The notes under the pieces: generated by a model | What the model was told of the DNA's origin: nothing | Database searches by the model: none | Seen by the model: only the letters and a program-made list of their open reading frames with translations | Translations under genes and position numbers: made by a program | Part shown: in pieces, positions 40,872 to 52,806 of the stretch | Numbering within the stretch: the stretch's first letter is position 1 | Layout: each line of letters begins with the position of its first letter | Origin: Gammaproteobacteria bacterium | GTDB taxonomy: Bacteria > Pseudomonadota > Gammaproteobacteria > JAJFJF01 | Direction of reading: 5' to 3' | DNA: 64,000 nt | Assembly (NCBI GenBank): GCA_021774255.1 | Contig: JAJFJF010000007.1 | Location: 33,133 to 97,132, forward strand

Positions 40872-41758
40872 TCAGCTTCTCCTAAAATATGGACTTCACG
40901 CACTAAATGCACACCCTGCTTTGCGGCAACGGTTTCTTCAACGTGCTGGATAAGTTGCTCAATGTGCTTGGCGGTCGCGTGGCCTTGATTGATAATGAAG
41001 TTAGCATGTTTTTCAGACACAATGGCATCGCCTATTTGAAACCCTTTTAGGCCACTTGCTTCAATTAAACGTGCAGCATAATCACCCGGTGGGTTACGAA
41101 AAACGGAGCCGCAGCTGAGTTGCCCAATGGGCTGTGTTTTGTTACGTTTGCGTAACAATATTTTAATGTCTTCTGAGGCGGCGTCACGGAGATCTCGCTC
41201 GAAATGAAAGGTCGCCGCTAAAAACCATTCGTTTTCAATATCATGGTGTTTGCCCTTTATTTGACGGTAAGCAACTTCATACTCTTTGGGTGTGCGTATA
41301 ACACGTTTACCGGCTTTGTTGACCGTTTCCACTTCCACGACATGCGGCCAGGTTTCGCCACCAAAGGCCCCGGCATTCATGCGCAACGCTCCACCAACCG
41401 TGCCCGGCACGCCCGCAAAAAATGCCCCGCCTTGTAATCCCGCGCGTGCACAAAAGCGCGCTAGCTTGGCACAGGTGACACCGGCTTCCGCATGTATTGT
41501 TTCAGATCCTGCTTGCATTAAGCCGTTCAAGGCACCTTGTGTGAGAATGGTCACGCCAGGGATCCCCCCGTCGCGGATCAACACATTGCTGCCTAAGCCT
41601 AAAAACGTAATGGGTTTGACAGTAGATTGCGTTAAAAAGTGGATGAGATCTTCCGAATCTGCCGGTTGATAGCACAGTGCAGCGGGCCCACCGACACGCC
41701 AGCTGGTATGAGATGCGAGAGACACATGCTCTCGTAATGTACCGCGTAAAGATGTCAT
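40868..41758 (-). CDS. murB: UDP-N-acetylenolpyruvoylglucosamine reductase
   Basis: [34 protein letters not shown]. Confidence 0.95.
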   Translation of the reverse strand: MTSLRGTLREHVSLASHTSWRVGGPAALCYQPADSEDLIHFLTQSTVKPITFLGLGSNVLIRDGGIPGVTILTQGALNGLMQAGSETIHAEAGVTCAKLARFCARAGLQGGAFFAGVPGTVGGALRMNAGAFGGETWPHVVEVETVNKAGKRVIRTPKEYEVAYRQIKGKHHDIENEWFLAATFHFERDLRDAASEDIKILLRKRNKTQPIGQLSCGSVFRNPPGDYAARLIEASGLKGFQIGDAIVSEKHANFIINQGHATAKHIEQLIQHVEETVAAKQGVHLVREVHILGEAE

Positions 41759-43164
41759 CTGCTCAACAATCCAGGCACTTCGCCCACATCGCCCGCCCCT
41801 AATGTCAGCACGAGATCGCCTTCTTGGACAATATCCGCCAACACCGCAGGCACTTCTGAAAAACGTTCCACGAAAACAGGCTCGACTCGGCCACGGTTCC
41901 GGATACTACGACATAAATCACGCCCTTCGGCACCCGCAATCGGTGCTTCGCTGGCCGGGTAGACTTCTAGCAACACTAATGTATCGACATTGGATAAAAT
42001 ATCGACAAAGTCTTCGTATAAATCACGTGTGCGTGTATAACGGTGCGGCTGAAATACTAAGACCAAACGACGATCTGACCAGCTGGCGCGTACTGTCTCC
42101 AGCATCGAGGTCATTTCGCAAGGATGGTGACCATAGTCGTCTACCACCAAAACCGTTTTACCGCCTATCACACGCTCACCGATATACTGACAACGCCGGG
42201 CAATACCATGAAAATCATGCAAGCTGCTGCTCATCACGTCATCACTGACACCCAATTCATTGGCAATCGCAATGGCAGCCAATGCATTTAATACATTGTG
42301 TTTACCCGGCAAATTCAATGTCACGGGTAACGCTTCTACTTGACCGGGTTTGCGTGTGCGTCGCAACACGGTGAAAGCACTGTGCATGCCCGCTTGATGA
42401 AAATCCACTGCGCGGATATCGGCTTCTTCATTGAAGCCATACGTGATTGTGGGGCGTTCAATTTCAGACAGCATATTGCTAATAATCGGATCATCACTGC
42501 ACACCACGGCCAAGCCATCAAAAGGCAAATGGTGTACAAAGGTTAAAAAGGTTTGACGTAATTTATCAAAGTCGCCCGCGTAGGTTGACATGTGATCGCG
42601 ATCAATATTGGTTAATACAGCAATGCGGGGTTGCAAATACAAAAAGGACGCATCGCTTTCATCTGCCTCAGCCAAAAAATAATCGCTGGTGCCTAAACGT
42701 GCATTGCTGCCCAAACTATTTAACCGGCCACCGATCACAAACGTTGGATCTAAGCCACCATCGGCCAATAAACTGGCCAATAAACTGGTTGCTGTTGTTT
42801 TACCGTGTGTGCCCGCCACGGCAATGCCATAATGCAAGCGCATAAGTTCGGCTAACATGGCGGCACGCGGCACCACGGGAATTTGCAATGATTTTGCTTG
42901 GGTGACTTCTGGATTGTCTGCAGAAATCGCCGTGGACGTGACCACCAAATCAGCAGTTTCCACATGTTTTGCTGCGTGACCGATGTGGATAGTCATCCCC
43001 AAAGACTGCAGCTGCTCGGTGACAGGGCTCGCTTTCACATCGCTGCCCGACACCGTGTAACCTTGGTTACACAATACCTCTGCGATCCCCGACATACCCG
43101 CCCCGCCAATTCCCACAAAGTGTATTTGCTGGACGCGATTCATTTTTGGAATGTTATTTTCCAC
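41755..43164 (-). CDS. murC: UDP-MurNAc--L-alanine ligase
   Basis: [29 protein letters not shown]. Confidence 0.97.
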   Translation of the reverse strand: MENNIPKMNRVQQIHFVGIGGAGMSGIAEVLCNQGYTVSGSDVKASPVTEQLQSLGMTIHIGHAAKHVETADLVVTSTAISADNPEVTQAKSLQIPVVPRAAMLAELMRLHYGIAVAGTHGKTTATSLLASLLADGGLDPTFVIGGRLNSLGSNARLGTSDYFLAEADESDASFLYLQPRIAVLTNIDRDHMSTYAGDFDKLRQTFLTFVHHLPFDGLAVVCSDDPIISNMLSEIERPTITYGFNEEADIRAVDFHQAGMHSAFTVLRRTRKPGQVEALPVTLNLPGKHNVLNALAAIAIANELGVSDDVMSSSLHDFHGIARRCQYIGERVIGGKTVLVVDDYGHHPCEMTSMLETVRASWSDRRLVLVFQPHRYTRTRDLYEDFVDILSNVDTLVLLEVYPASEAPIAGAEGRDLCRSIRNRGRVEPVFVERFSEVPAVLADIVQEGDLVLTLGAGDVGEVPGLLSR

Positions 43165-44248
43165 GTGATGTCTCCAAACAATAAGTGACCACGGCTTGTG
43201 TTGAATCTTGCTTAGCCACTTGCCGTGCCTTTTCAGCCATGGTCAGTAACTGGCTGCGATCTTGGCACAGTGTGTGCAAGACTTCGCTCAAGCTGCCAGC
43301 CGTCATCTGATCTTGCTCAAGCAACTGCGCGGCACCTGCTTTGACTAAAAATTCAGCATTGCGCACCTGATGATTATCAACGGCATGTGGATACGGTACA
43401 AATAGTGCCCCCACACCCGCCGCGGCCAATTCTGCCACCGTCATGGCGCCTGCGCGACAGAGCACGAGATCGGCCCAGGCATACGCACTGGCCATGTCAT
43501 CAATAAATTTATCCAGGCGCACCTCAATAGACTGTGCTTGGAAGGCCTTTTCAGCCGCCGCATACGTCAGTTGCCCTGTCTGTTGCCACACATCGAATGC
43601 TACATCTGATTTCAGCGCCACCAATGCTTCCGGCACTTTTTCATTCAACACTTTTGCGCCTAAGCTGCCGCCGAGCACTAATAATCGTATGGGGCCTTGG
43701 CGATTTTTAAAGCGCTCGGCTGGGCTGGGGAGATCACTAATATCGCTTCTGACGGGATTGCCCGTGCAATAGGTTTTCTTCTTAATCGCGAAACTGCCTG
43801 GAAATGCTTCTAATACCATATCGGCCAGCTTTGCTAGCAGGCGATTGGTTAAGCCTGCCACCGCATTTTGTTCATGGATCACAATAGGCTTGCGCAGTAA
43901 TTTGGCGGCCACACCGCCTGGCCCGGTCACATAGCCCCCCATGCCGAGCACCACGGTAGGTTTCACCCGACGAATAACCTGCAACGATTGCCACAAAGCA
44001 CGCATTAATTGCCAGGGTGCAAATAACCGTGTCAGTAATGATTTGCCTCGCAACCCTGTGATGGTAATGTAATCAATGGGGATATCTGCTGCTGGCACTA
44101 AGTTTGCTTCAATACCACGACGTGTGCCTAACCAATGCACTGTCACACCACGCTCGCGCAACATTTTTGCGACAGCCAGGGCTGGTAAGACATGGCCGCC
44201 CGTGCCGCCCGCCATAATAAGCACACAATCGTTATTCACTTTACTCAT
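43154..44248 (-). CDS. murG: Lipid II GlcNAc transferase
   Basis: GGTGGH, HEQN, GNPVR, GGSLGA. Confidence 0.97.
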   Translation of the reverse strand: MSKVNNDCVLIMAGGTGGHVLPALAVAKMLRERGVTVHWLGTRRGIEANLVPAADIPIDYITITGLRGKSLLTRLFAPWQLMRALWQSLQVIRRVKPTVVLGMGGYVTGPGGVAAKLLRKPIVIHEQNAVAGLTNRLLAKLADMVLEAFPGSFAIKKKTYCTGNPVRSDISDLPSPAERFKNRQGPIRLLVLGGSLGAKVLNEKVPEALVALKSDVAFDVWQQTGQLTYAAAEKAFQAQSIEVRLDKFIDDMASAYAWADLVLCRAGAMTVAELAAAGVGALFVPYPHAVDNHQVRNAEFLVKAGAAQLLEQDQMTAGSLSEVLHTLCQDRSQLLTMAEKARQVAKQDSTQAVVTYCLETSRGK

Positions 44249-45396
44249 TTTCGTCTACGCTGCTTCGCGCAACCCACTGCGCGCTGATTTTCATAATGCA
44301 CGCGACACAATAGTCCTATCGCAATGCAGGTGATTAACAAGCTGCTGCCGCCATAACTCATCAAGGGCAAGGTCAGCCCTTTTGTCGGCAACATCCCTGC
44401 ATTCACGCCAATACTGATTAAGGCCTGTACCGCAAGCCACAGCCCAATACCGTAAGCCACATAAGCGCCAAACTGTAGCTTAAGCGCTTGTGCTTCTCGC
44501 CCAATTTGCATGGCACGGTAAACCAATGCTGACAACAAACTAATAACAAACAACACACCAAACAGCCCCAGCTCTTCGGCTATCACGGCAAATAAAAAAT
44601 CCGTGTGTGCTTCGGGCAAATAAAATAATTTTTGTATCCCTGCTCCCAGCCCCACACCAAACCATTCGCCTCGTCCAAACGCAATGAGTGCTTGTGTAAG
44701 CTGGTAACCCGTATTAAATTGATCGGCCCACGGGTCTAAAAAGCTGGTCATCCGTGCTAAGCGGTAAGGTGCCGACACTGCCAATACCACAAAGGCCCCT
44801 GCCACAATCAATATTAACACCAAAAACTGTCGCAATTTTACATCGGCTAGAAACATCATCCCGAGTGCGGTTAATACGACCACGACGGTTGCCCCCAAAT
44901 CAGGCTCCATTAACAATAATACCGCCGCGAGACTGAGTACGAGCATGGGCTTTAAAAAACCGCTGACTTGCGTACGCACTTCTTCGTAGTGACGTACTAA
45001 ATAGCCTGCCATATAGATAATCATCATTAACTTCATGACTTCAGAAGCTTGTAATGAAAACGGCCCCAACCGCAACCAGCGCATGCTGCCGTTCACCGAC
45101 ACGCCTATCCCTGGAATTAATACCAGCACAAGTAACAGCAATCCAAATAATAATAGGCTGCTGCTTAACGTAAACCATATTTGCAGATCAATGCGCATCA
45201 CGACCCAAGCAGCCAACAAGCCTAAACTCAAATAAATACCTTGGCGAGTCACATAGTAAAATGCTTGACCTACTTGGCGCTCAGCAATGCTCATCGAGGC
45301 AGAGGCGACCATGACCAAGCCTAAACCCAACAATGTGAACACTGTCACCAACAAGGTACTGTCATACGCAAACCCTTGTCTAACATTGCTATGCAT
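44245..45396 (-). CDS. ftsW: SEDS peptidoglycan polymerase FtsW
   Basis: LPEAHTDF, PTKGLTLPLMSYGGSS. Start inferred. Confidence 0.93.
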   Translation of the reverse strand: MHSNVRQGFAYDSTLLVTVFTLLGLGLVMVASASMSIAERQVGQAFYYVTRQGIYLSLGLLAAWVVMRIDLQIWFTLSSSLLLFGLLLLVLVLIPGIGVSVNGSMRWLRLGPFSLQASEVMKLMMIIYMAGYLVRHYEEVRTQVSGFLKPMLVLSLAAVLLLMEPDLGATVVVVLTALGMMFLADVKLRQFLVLILIVAGAFVVLAVSAPYRLARMTSFLDPWADQFNTGYQLTQALIAFGRGEWFGVGLGAGIQKLFYLPEAHTDFLFAVIAEELGLFGVLFVISLLSALVYRAMQIGREAQALKLQFGAYVAYGIGLWLAVQALISIGVNAGMLPTKGLTLPLMSYGGSSLLITCIAIGLLCRVHYENQRAVGCAKQRRRK

Positions 45397-46735
45397 GTGT
45401 GCTCTCGACGGCATGGCGAAATACGTCTCCTCGCTGTGCAAAATCTTTAAACATATCAAAGCTCGCACAGGCGGGTGACAATAGCACGTGGTCACCTGGT
45501 CGCGCTAATTGCTTGGCAGTCAAAACCGCTTCTTGCATATCCGCTACTTTTGTTATCAACACCGCCTCCTGTAAGGCAGTTTGCAAATCAGCTGCGGACT
45601 CGCCTAATACAATCATGTGGTGCACGTGTTTTGTGACCACTTCTTTTAAGCCCGTGAAGTCGGCACCTTTTCCGACGCCCCCTGCAATTAAAATCACCGA
45701 TTTACCTTCACCGGCCACACCCGATACCGCGGCTCGCGTAGCACCGATATTGGTGCCTTTTGAATCATCATACCAAGTCACCCCTTGGTACTCTGCTATG
45801 TACTGACAGCGATGCGGTAATCCCGAAAACGTTTGCAAGGTTTGCAGCATGGCTGCTTGTGGCAACTGCACGGCACGGCCCAAAGCTAATGCCGCTAACG
45901 CATTTGCCCAATTATGACGACCCGCCAGCTTCATCGCTTGCACAGGCAACCACTTTTCATTGCCGTAAGCGATGTAAGACTCGCCTTGGTGCTCACTAAT
46001 ACCAAACTGATTGGGACCGGGAGATTGAAGCGTAAAACCTGTCATGTGATCAGACGCAACCGCTTTCAGCATGGGGTCGTCCTGATTCACTACCCTATGG
46101 CGGCAGTGCTGATAAATACGCTGCTTTGCCGCGAGATAATCCCCTAGGCTGTGATGCCTGTCTAAATGATCTTCAGCCATGTTCAATATCACCGCGGCTT
46201 CTAACGCGAGGCTATGCGTTGTTTCAAGTTGAAAACTTGAAAGCTCAAGCACATAAAGATCGGGTTCTTCTGATTGCAGGAGATCTAAAGCCGGGATCCC
46301 AATATTACCGCCCATGCGTACCTCCTGGCCGGCACAGCGTGCCATTTCAGTCAATAAGGTGGTCACGGTGCTTTTGCCATTTGAACCGGTGATCGCCACG
46401 ATGGGCGCGCGTGCTTGCCGGGCAAATAATTCAATATCCCCTACTATGTTGGCGTCTTCAGTACAATGTTGTGCAAATTCTGGGGAGCGGGTATCAATAC
46501 CTGGACTCACCACGATTTCTTCAGCATGGCTTAACCAGTCTTTTTGCCAGGGCCCCAGTGACAAAGGCACATCCGGAAATGCTGATTTAAATTCAGCTAA
46601 ACCTGGCGGTGCTTGTCGGCTGTCCATCATTACAAACGGGACTTGTTGCCCTGCCAAAAAGCGCGCGCACGATAAGCCCGTCATGCCGAGCCCTACGACG
46701 GCTTTAAATGTGCGCTGATCGGTAAATGGCTTCAT
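45389..46735 (-). CDS. murD: UDP-MurNAc-L-Ala--D-Glu ligase
   Basis: GSNGKSTVT, ELSSFQLE, DSKGTN, SPACASFD. Confidence 0.96.
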   Translation of the reverse strand: MKPFTDQRTFKAVVGLGMTGLSCARFLAGQQVPFVMMDSRQAPPGLAEFKSAFPDVPLSLGPWQKDWLSHAEEIVVSPGIDTRSPEFAQHCTEDANIVGDIELFARQARAPIVAITGSNGKSTVTTLLTEMARCAGQEVRMGGNIGIPALDLLQSEEPDLYVLELSSFQLETTHSLALEAAVILNMAEDHLDRHHSLGDYLAAKQRIYQHCRHRVVNQDDPMLKAVASDHMTGFTLQSPGPNQFGISEHQGESYIAYGNEKWLPVQAMKLAGRHNWANALAALALGRAVQLPQAAMLQTLQTFSGLPHRCQYIAEYQGVTWYDDSKGTNIGATRAAVSGVAGEGKSVILIAGGVGKGADFTGLKEVVTKHVHHMIVLGESAADLQTALQEAVLITKVADMQEAVLTAKQLARPGDHVLLSPACASFDMFKDFAQRGDVFRHAVESTHA

Positions 46736-46759
46736 GTACGATTTTATAGCTTTTTGTGA

Positions 46760-47842
46760 TTAACGTATTTTTAAGCTGGCGAGTGCAATTAATACAAGTA
46801 TCACCGTAATAATCCAAAAGCGCACAATCACACGTGGCTCTGGCCAACCTTTCAGCTCAAAGTGATGATGTATCGGCGCCATGCGGAAGATCCGTTTTCC
46901 GGTGAGTTTGTAGGAAGTCACTTGCAGTATGACCGAGACGGTTTCAATCACAAATACACCGCCCATGATAAACAACACGAGCTCTTGTCGTACCAGTACG
47001 GCCATCACCCCTAACGCCGCCCCCAGTGCGAGCGAACCGACATCGCCCATGAACACCTGTGCGGGGTAGGTGTTAAACCACAAAAAACCTAAGCCTGCCC
47101 CGACGAGTGCACCACAAATAATCACTAACTCACCAACACCCGCCACATGTGGCACAGCTAAATAGTTGGCAAAATCAACATGCCCTGACACATACGCAAA
47201 CACCGCCAGTGCAGCGGCAATGAGCACCGTTGGCAAAATAGCCAAGCCATCCAAACCATCGGTTAAATTAACGGCATTACTGGTACCGACAATGACAAAA
47301 TAGGTTAAGACGATATAGAAAATACCCAGATTGATGACGATCTGTTTAAAAAACGGTACGATTAATTCGATTTCTGCAGGTGACTGTACGGTGAGATATA
47401 AAAATAAGGCCGCCGACAAAGCAATGATCGATTGCCAAAAATATTTCCAACGCGCCGGTAAGCCACGTGTGTCTTTGCGCACCAGCTTACGGTAATCATC
47501 CATCCAACCTATTGCACCAAACGCGAGTGTGACGAATAACACCACCCAGACATAGCGATTTGCCAAATCAGCCCATAGCAAAATCGTCAAGGTGACCACA
47601 AATAAAATAAAGGCACCCCCCATGGTCGGCGTACCGGCTTTATTTAAATGACTTTCTGGCCCCACTTCACGAATGACCTGCCCGATCTGATAATCTTTTA
47701 AATAACGAATAATCATCGGGCCTGTGAGAAAAGCAATACACAAGGCCGTCAGCACACTTAACACTGCGCGCAGTGTTAAATAGTGAAAGACCTGAAAACC
47801 ACTATAAAATTCTGATAATTGTTGTGTTAACCATAACAACAT
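46760..47842 (-). CDS. mraY: Phospho-MurNAc-pentapeptide transferase
   Basis: [24 protein letters not shown]. Confidence 0.97.
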   Translation of the reverse strand: MLLWLTQQLSEFYSGFQVFHYLTLRAVLSVLTALCIAFLTGPMIIRYLKDYQIGQVIREVGPESHLNKAGTPTMGGAFILFVVTLTILLWADLANRYVWVVLFVTLAFGAIGWMDDYRKLVRKDTRGLPARWKYFWQSIIALSAALFLYLTVQSPAEIELIVPFFKQIVINLGIFYIVLTYFVIVGTSNAVNLTDGLDGLAILPTVLIAAALAVFAYVSGHVDFANYLAVPHVAGVGELVIICGALVGAGLGFLWFNTYPAQVFMGDVGSLALGAALGVMAVLVRQELVLFIMGGVFVIETVSVILQVTSYKLTGKRIFRMAPIHHHFELKGWPEPRVIVRFWIITVILVLIALASLKIR

Positions 47843-47874
47843 AATTGCGTTACCTGTTTATCTGTCGAATAGAA

Positions 47875-49230
47875 TTATGCTTGCACCAATGCTTCAGCGA
47901 TTGTGCCCATATTACTGCCGTGTGATCCTTTCACTAATACCACCATATCGTCATGCAGTATTGCTTCCGCCGCTGCAATCAGTTCATCATGCGAAGCAAA
48001 ATGTTTGCCTGTTTCACCAAAGGCCTCTACGGTGAAACGACTCCACTCACCTACTGCCAATAAATGTTCGATACCAAGCTGTCTGGCCTGTTCGCCCACT
48101 TGCCTGTGATACGCTTCACTTTGACCTGCCAGTTCACGCATATCACCGAAGATAACCATTTTCTCACCTTCATGACTTGCTAATACACCTAAAGCCGCTG
48201 CTACGGCGTGCGGGCCAGCATTATAAGTATCATCAATAATCACCGAGTCATTTTTACCTCGATGTTTAACTAAACGTCGCTTATAAGGCTGCGTGGCTTC
48301 TAAACCTGTTTTAATGTGCTCGAGCGAGGCACCCGCCGCGATTGCCGCTGCTGTTGCTGCAATCGCGTTGTACACGTTATGACGGCCCATTAATTGCAGC
48401 TGTATGTTTATTTCACCTTGTGGGGTGATCAGTAAAAACTGCGGCATGCTATCGTTGAGTGTGATGTGACGCGCCGTCACTTCGGGTAAGTCTCTGCCGT
48501 ATTGATGTAAACCAAAACAAAGGGTTTTTCGCTCACCCACCGTTTCTTGCCAATACTCAGCATAATCATCATCACGATTAATAATAGCAACACCGTCTTC
48601 GGATAAACCATTAAAAATTTCACCTTTCCCATGCGCCACACCCGCAAGATCACCAAAACCTTCAATATGGATTGGTGCAGCACAAGTCAACACAGCAATA
48701 TTAGGTTGTGTAATGCGTGTAACGTAATCAATCTCACCAAACTTATCGGCGCCCATTTCAATCACTGCAAAACGATGTGAGGGCTCGAGCCGCAAGAGTG
48801 TCAGTGGCACGCCCACATCATTATTTTCATTCGCTTGTGTGGCGAGCACAGGGCCTGCTTGTTGCAAAATAGTGGCGAGCATTTCTTTTGTGGTTGTTTT
48901 CCCCATGCTGCCAGTAATGGCAATGACGGGAATATTATGTTGCTGGCGGTGCCATCTTGCTAAACGGCCATAAGCCACACGCGTATCATTGACTTGTAGG
49001 CAAGGTAAGGTTGTTTCAAGTTGACGGCTCACCATGACAGCCGCCGCGCCTTTGGCTTGTGCTTGCTCAATAAAATCATGCCCGTCAAATTGAGGCCCTG
49101 TTAGCGCAATAAATAAATTGCCCGGCTGTAGCGTGCGTGTATCTGTGCTGATCCCTTCAAAAGAGACATCTTCACCCAACAATGTGCCTTGTAAACACTC
49201 AACACAGCTTGATAAGCTTGCCTTAATCAT
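47875..49230 (-). CDS. murF: UDP-MurNAc-tripeptide--D-Ala-D-Ala ligase
   Basis: GSMGKTTTKE, DDTYNA, LVKGS. Confidence 0.95.
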   Translation of the reverse strand: MIKASLSSCVECLQGTLLGEDVSFEGISTDTRTLQPGNLFIALTGPQFDGHDFIEQAQAKGAAAVMVSRQLETTLPCLQVNDTRVAYGRLARWHRQQHNIPVIAITGSMGKTTTKEMLATILQQAGPVLATQANENNDVGVPLTLLRLEPSHRFAVIEMGADKFGEIDYVTRITQPNIAVLTCAAPIHIEGFGDLAGVAHGKGEIFNGLSEDGVAIINRDDDYAEYWQETVGERKTLCFGLHQYGRDLPEVTARHITLNDSMPQFLLITPQGEINIQLQLMGRHNVYNAIAATAAAIAAGASLEHIKTGLEATQPYKRRLVKHRGKNDSVIIDDTYNAGPHAVAAALGVLASHEGEKMVIFGDMRELAGQSEAYHRQVGEQARQLGIEHLLAVGEWSRFTVEAFGETGKHFASHDELIAAAEAILHDDMVVLVKGSHGSNMGTIAEALVQA

Positions 49231-50716
49231 TGGCTTGCTCCTGTAATGCTATTTGTATTTGATCAATATCACTGAATATCAGCTTATCTCTTTTCACTTC
49301 TTGGTAAGCTTCATGGCCTTTACCTGCAATCAAAATAATATCCTGCGCGCCTGCACGCTTAATGGCCGTGTCAATTGCGCTAGCACGATCTAAAATCACA
49401 TCGAGACTCTCTGAAGTCGTGATCCCTGATTTGATATCCGCCACAATTGCTTCTGGCTCTTCGAACCGCGGGTTGTCATTGGTGAGAATAATGTGATCGG
49501 CATAGCGATCAGCGATACGCCCCATGATCGCACGCTTACCTTGATCGCGATTACCACCACACCCAAACACGCACCACAGCTTTCCGGGGTGATGGGCACG
49601 TAATGCCTGGCATACCTGATCCAATGCATCGGGTGTATGTGCATAATCAACGACGACTAAAGGTTGCCCTTGTTTTCCGCCAAAGCGCTGCATGCGACCT
49701 TTCACTGTCGGCAACGTTTGCGCACGCGCTAATGCTTGTGCTAAAGGCACCCCCATGACGCCCAGCACACTGATCATCGCAAGAATATTACTTAAATTAA
49801 ATTGCCCCCACTGTGGTGAGGTAAGCACACCCTGCCCGTCAGGTGATGAAATGGTTGCGGTCAAGCCATGCGTATCTTGTTGAATATCATGCGCCGTCAC
49901 CATGGGCACGCCCTTGATTGGTTTGCTATTGATCCCATACGCCCACACGGTTAATTTATCGCAATAATGAGCGATTAATTGACGACCAAAAGTATCGTCT
50001 GCATTGAAGACGGCTTTGCTTAGCCCCGGTGCAGAAAACAAGCTTGCTTTCACCGAAGCATAGTCATCCATGTCTTTATGATAATCTAGATGGTCTTGCG
50101 TTAAATTGGTGAATAAAGCGACATCAAATGCCACCCCCGCGGTTCTGCCTTGTGCGAGCGCGTGAGACGACACTTCCATTGAGACCGTGCGCACGCCTTC
50201 CTGCTTAAAAGCAGCCAATTGGCGATGCAATCTAATAGGCGGCGGCGTGGTGGCTTGTGTGTCTGCCATCCTACCCAATTGCCCTTGGCCTACCGTGCCA
50301 ATCACGGCACTTGGCGCGTGTGCGTCATGCAAAGCATGTGCAATAAAATGTGAGCAAGAAGTCTTACCGTTGGTGCCTGTGACACCCACCACCTGTAAAT
50401 CTTTTGAAGGGTGTTGATAAAAAGCAGACGCCACATGCCCGACTTGTTTTGATAGATTGCTCACGGCGAATGCCGGCACGTGGGTAGGTGAAACAAATCC
50501 TGCTGGCAAATTATCGGCTTCATATAACACCGCCGCCGCACCACGTGCAATGGCCTCAGGAATAAACTGGCGGGCATCGCTGCTTATTCCCTGACAAGCC
50601 ATAAACAAATCACCTGACGCTACTGCTCGACTATCAACAGTAATACCTTCAATATTACCATCTACTTCTACTGTTATGGTTGGGATAGCGGCATGCATTA
50701 GCGCAGATAATTTCAT
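49223..50716 (-). CDS. murE: UDP-MurNAc-dipeptide--mDAP ligase
   Basis: GTNGKTS, MEVSSH, DYAHTPD, DNPR, GKGHE. Confidence 0.95.
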   Translation of the reverse strand: MKLSALMHAAIPTITVEVDGNIEGITVDSRAVASGDLFMACQGISSDARQFIPEAIARGAAAVLYEADNLPAGFVSPTHVPAFAVSNLSKQVGHVASAFYQHPSKDLQVVGVTGTNGKTSCSHFIAHALHDAHAPSAVIGTVGQGQLGRMADTQATTPPPIRLHRQLAAFKQEGVRTVSMEVSSHALAQGRTAGVAFDVALFTNLTQDHLDYHKDMDDYASVKASLFSAPGLSKAVFNADDTFGRQLIAHYCDKLTVWAYGINSKPIKGVPMVTAHDIQQDTHGLTATISSPDGQGVLTSPQWGQFNLSNILAMISVLGVMGVPLAQALARAQTLPTVKGRMQRFGGKQGQPLVVVDYAHTPDALDQVCQALRAHHPGKLWCVFGCGGNRDQGKRAIMGRIADRYADHIILTNDNPRFEEPEAIVADIKSGITTSESLDVILDRASAIDTAIKRAGAQDIILIAGKGHEAYQEVKRDKLIFSDIDQIQIALQEQAND

Positions 50717-52500
50717 TGCGATACCTCTAACGACACGGTACGCACGTTGTTTTTCACCCATTGCACTGGCGGGGATGGCTGAGACGGCATGGCAGGTGGC
50801 ACACCGGGTGCGGCCTCTTTCTCTTTTGGTGAGATAGCATCTGGCATAATATTGAGTAATCGCAACACGCCACCCATCACTTGACCTGCTACGGGTGCCG
50901 CCACACGGCTACCCGAATAGTGATCAGCTTGTGGATCATTGATCACCACAATGACGACAAACCGTGGTGCACTGGCCGGTGCAATGCCCACAAAAGAAGC
51001 AATGTATTTATCTTCGGCATACCCGCCACCGCTGGCTTTACGTGCCGTGCCTGTTTTACCCGCAACACGATAGCCGGGCACTTGTGCACGTGTGCCTGTG
51101 CCTTCTGCCACCGCGGCCTCCATCATCATCAGCACTTGTCGTGCCACACCCGGATCAAGCGCTTGTGTGCGTGTGGCCGGTTTATCTACACGCAATAAAG
51201 AAATAGAGGGCATGATGCCTTCTGCTGCAATCGCGGTATACGCTTGTGCCAGCTGCAAGGCGGTCACCGACAAACCATAGCCATAAGACAGCGCGGCTTG
51301 TTCAACCGGGTGATTGGGTAGGCGACTGGGTAAGTTGCCAATGCGTTCACCGGGAAAGCCACTGCCCGTATTCATCCCCAAGCCTAAGCGCTGGTAGGTC
51401 GTTAATATTTTTTCGGGCGGTAAAGCTTGCGCCAATTTAATCATGCCCACATTACTGGATTTTTCAATCAAGTTGGCCATGTCCAGCTTGCCGTAATCGC
51501 GTGCATCACGGATCGTATAATTTGCTAACGTGATCCGGCCCGGTGACGTGTCAATCACCGCGTCGGGCGTAAACACACCACTTTCAAGCGCGGCGGCAAT
51601 CGAGAACGGTTTGATAGTGGAACCTGGCTCAAATAAGTCTGTGACGGCACGGTTACGTAAATTACCTTGAAAACCGCCAATCGTACTGTTTGGATTAAAC
51701 GAAGGTTGATTGGCCATCGCCAACACTTCACCCGTGTGCACATCTAACACAACCACTGAACCTGACTCGGCTTGATTGCGCTGCACGGCCACTTTAAGCT
51801 CGCGATACGCCAAATACTGAATAGCGTAATCCAAACTTAAATGAAGATGATTCCCTGCGCGCGGCTCTTTAATGCTTTCTAAATCTTTAATGGTGCGCCC
51901 TAAGCGATCACGCATCACACGCTTTTTCCCGGGCAAGCCTTGCAACCACTCGTTATACGCTAACTCAACGCCTTCCTGACCATGATCATCAATATTGGTG
52001 AGGCCAAGCACATGTGCACTGACTTCACCGGCAGGGTAATAGCGGCGGTATTCGCGCATCAAATGCACGCCGGGGATCCCCAAACCTTGCACTTGCTCTG
52101 CCACGTCCGGATCCAAGCGACGTTTTAAATACATAAATTCACGTGTGGCATGACGTGCTAGTCGTGCTTGTAGTTCTTCTGTGGGTAATTCAAGCAATGC
52201 GGCCAATGCGGGCAAATTTGAAGTCTCTGAAGAAAGCGTTTGTGGATCGGCCCACACGGTTTGCACCGGTGTACTGAGCGCAAGGGGTTCACCGTAGCGG
52301 TCCAGGATCATCCCACGGTGTGCAGGCACACTTTCAACGCGCACCGTGCGTGCGTCACCTTGCTGCTTTAAAAAATCGCGGTCGAGCACCTGCAAACTGA
52401 CCATGCGCCCACTTAACGCAACAGCCGCAAGCAGCATCACGCCTAATATAAAGCGATAACGCATGACGGAAAGCGATTTTGTTTTTTTACTGCTTTTCAT
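50713..52500 (-). CDS. ftsI: Penicillin-binding protein 3
   Basis: EPGSTIK, SSN and KTG motifs. Confidence 0.95.
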   Translation of the reverse strand: MKSSKKTKSLSVMRYRFILGVMLLAAVALSGRMVSLQVLDRDFLKQQGDARTVRVESVPAHRGMILDRYGEPLALSTPVQTVWADPQTLSSETSNLPALAALLELPTEELQARLARHATREFMYLKRRLDPDVAEQVQGLGIPGVHLMREYRRYYPAGEVSAHVLGLTNIDDHGQEGVELAYNEWLQGLPGKKRVMRDRLGRTIKDLESIKEPRAGNHLHLSLDYAIQYLAYRELKVAVQRNQAESGSVVVLDVHTGEVLAMANQPSFNPNSTIGGFQGNLRNRAVTDLFEPGSTIKPFSIAAALESGVFTPDAVIDTSPGRITLANYTIRDARDYGKLDMANLIEKSSNVGMIKLAQALPPEKILTTYQRLGLGMNTGSGFPGERIGNLPSRLPNHPVEQAALSYGYGLSVTALQLAQAYTAIAAEGIMPSISLLRVDKPATRTQALDPGVARQVLMMMEAAVAEGTGTRAQVPGYRVAGKTGTARKASGGGYAEDKYIASFVGIAPASAPRFVVIVVINDPQADHYSGSRVAAPVAGQVMGGVLRLLNIMPDAISPKEKEAAPGVPPAMPSQPSPPVQWVKNNVRTVSLEVSQ

Positions 52501-52786
52501 GCAAGAAGACTACTTCACTCATTTCTGGACGCACCATTTTTAATTCTTCACGGGCAATACGCTCCACACGACCATGCGACGCCCACGTGCTTTGCTCCAA
52601 CGATAACTGCCCCCATTCCGTGGTTAAATTATCCCCTTCTTTTTGTAAGTCTTGCAGCGTAATAAACAACTGCCGACTGACATGTTTTGTGTAGACCACA
52701 CCTAAAGCAGACAAAAAAACGGATAAGCATAATACTGTCACGCTCACCGTTTTAAGGGATAACCAATTAATAGCTCGTGTTGTCAT
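52487..52786 (-). CDS. ftsL: Cell division protein FtsL
   Basis: TM helix plus EWGQLSLEQSTW...RVERIA. Position between rsmH and ftsI. Confidence 0.9.
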   Translation of the reverse strand: MTTRAINWLSLKTVSVTVLCLSVFLSALGVVYTKHVSRQLFITLQDLQKEGDNLTTEWGQLSLEQSTWASHGRVERIAREELKMVRPEMSEVVFLHEKQ

Positions 52787-52806
52787 ATTGCTTTCCTTGC
52801 TCGCTG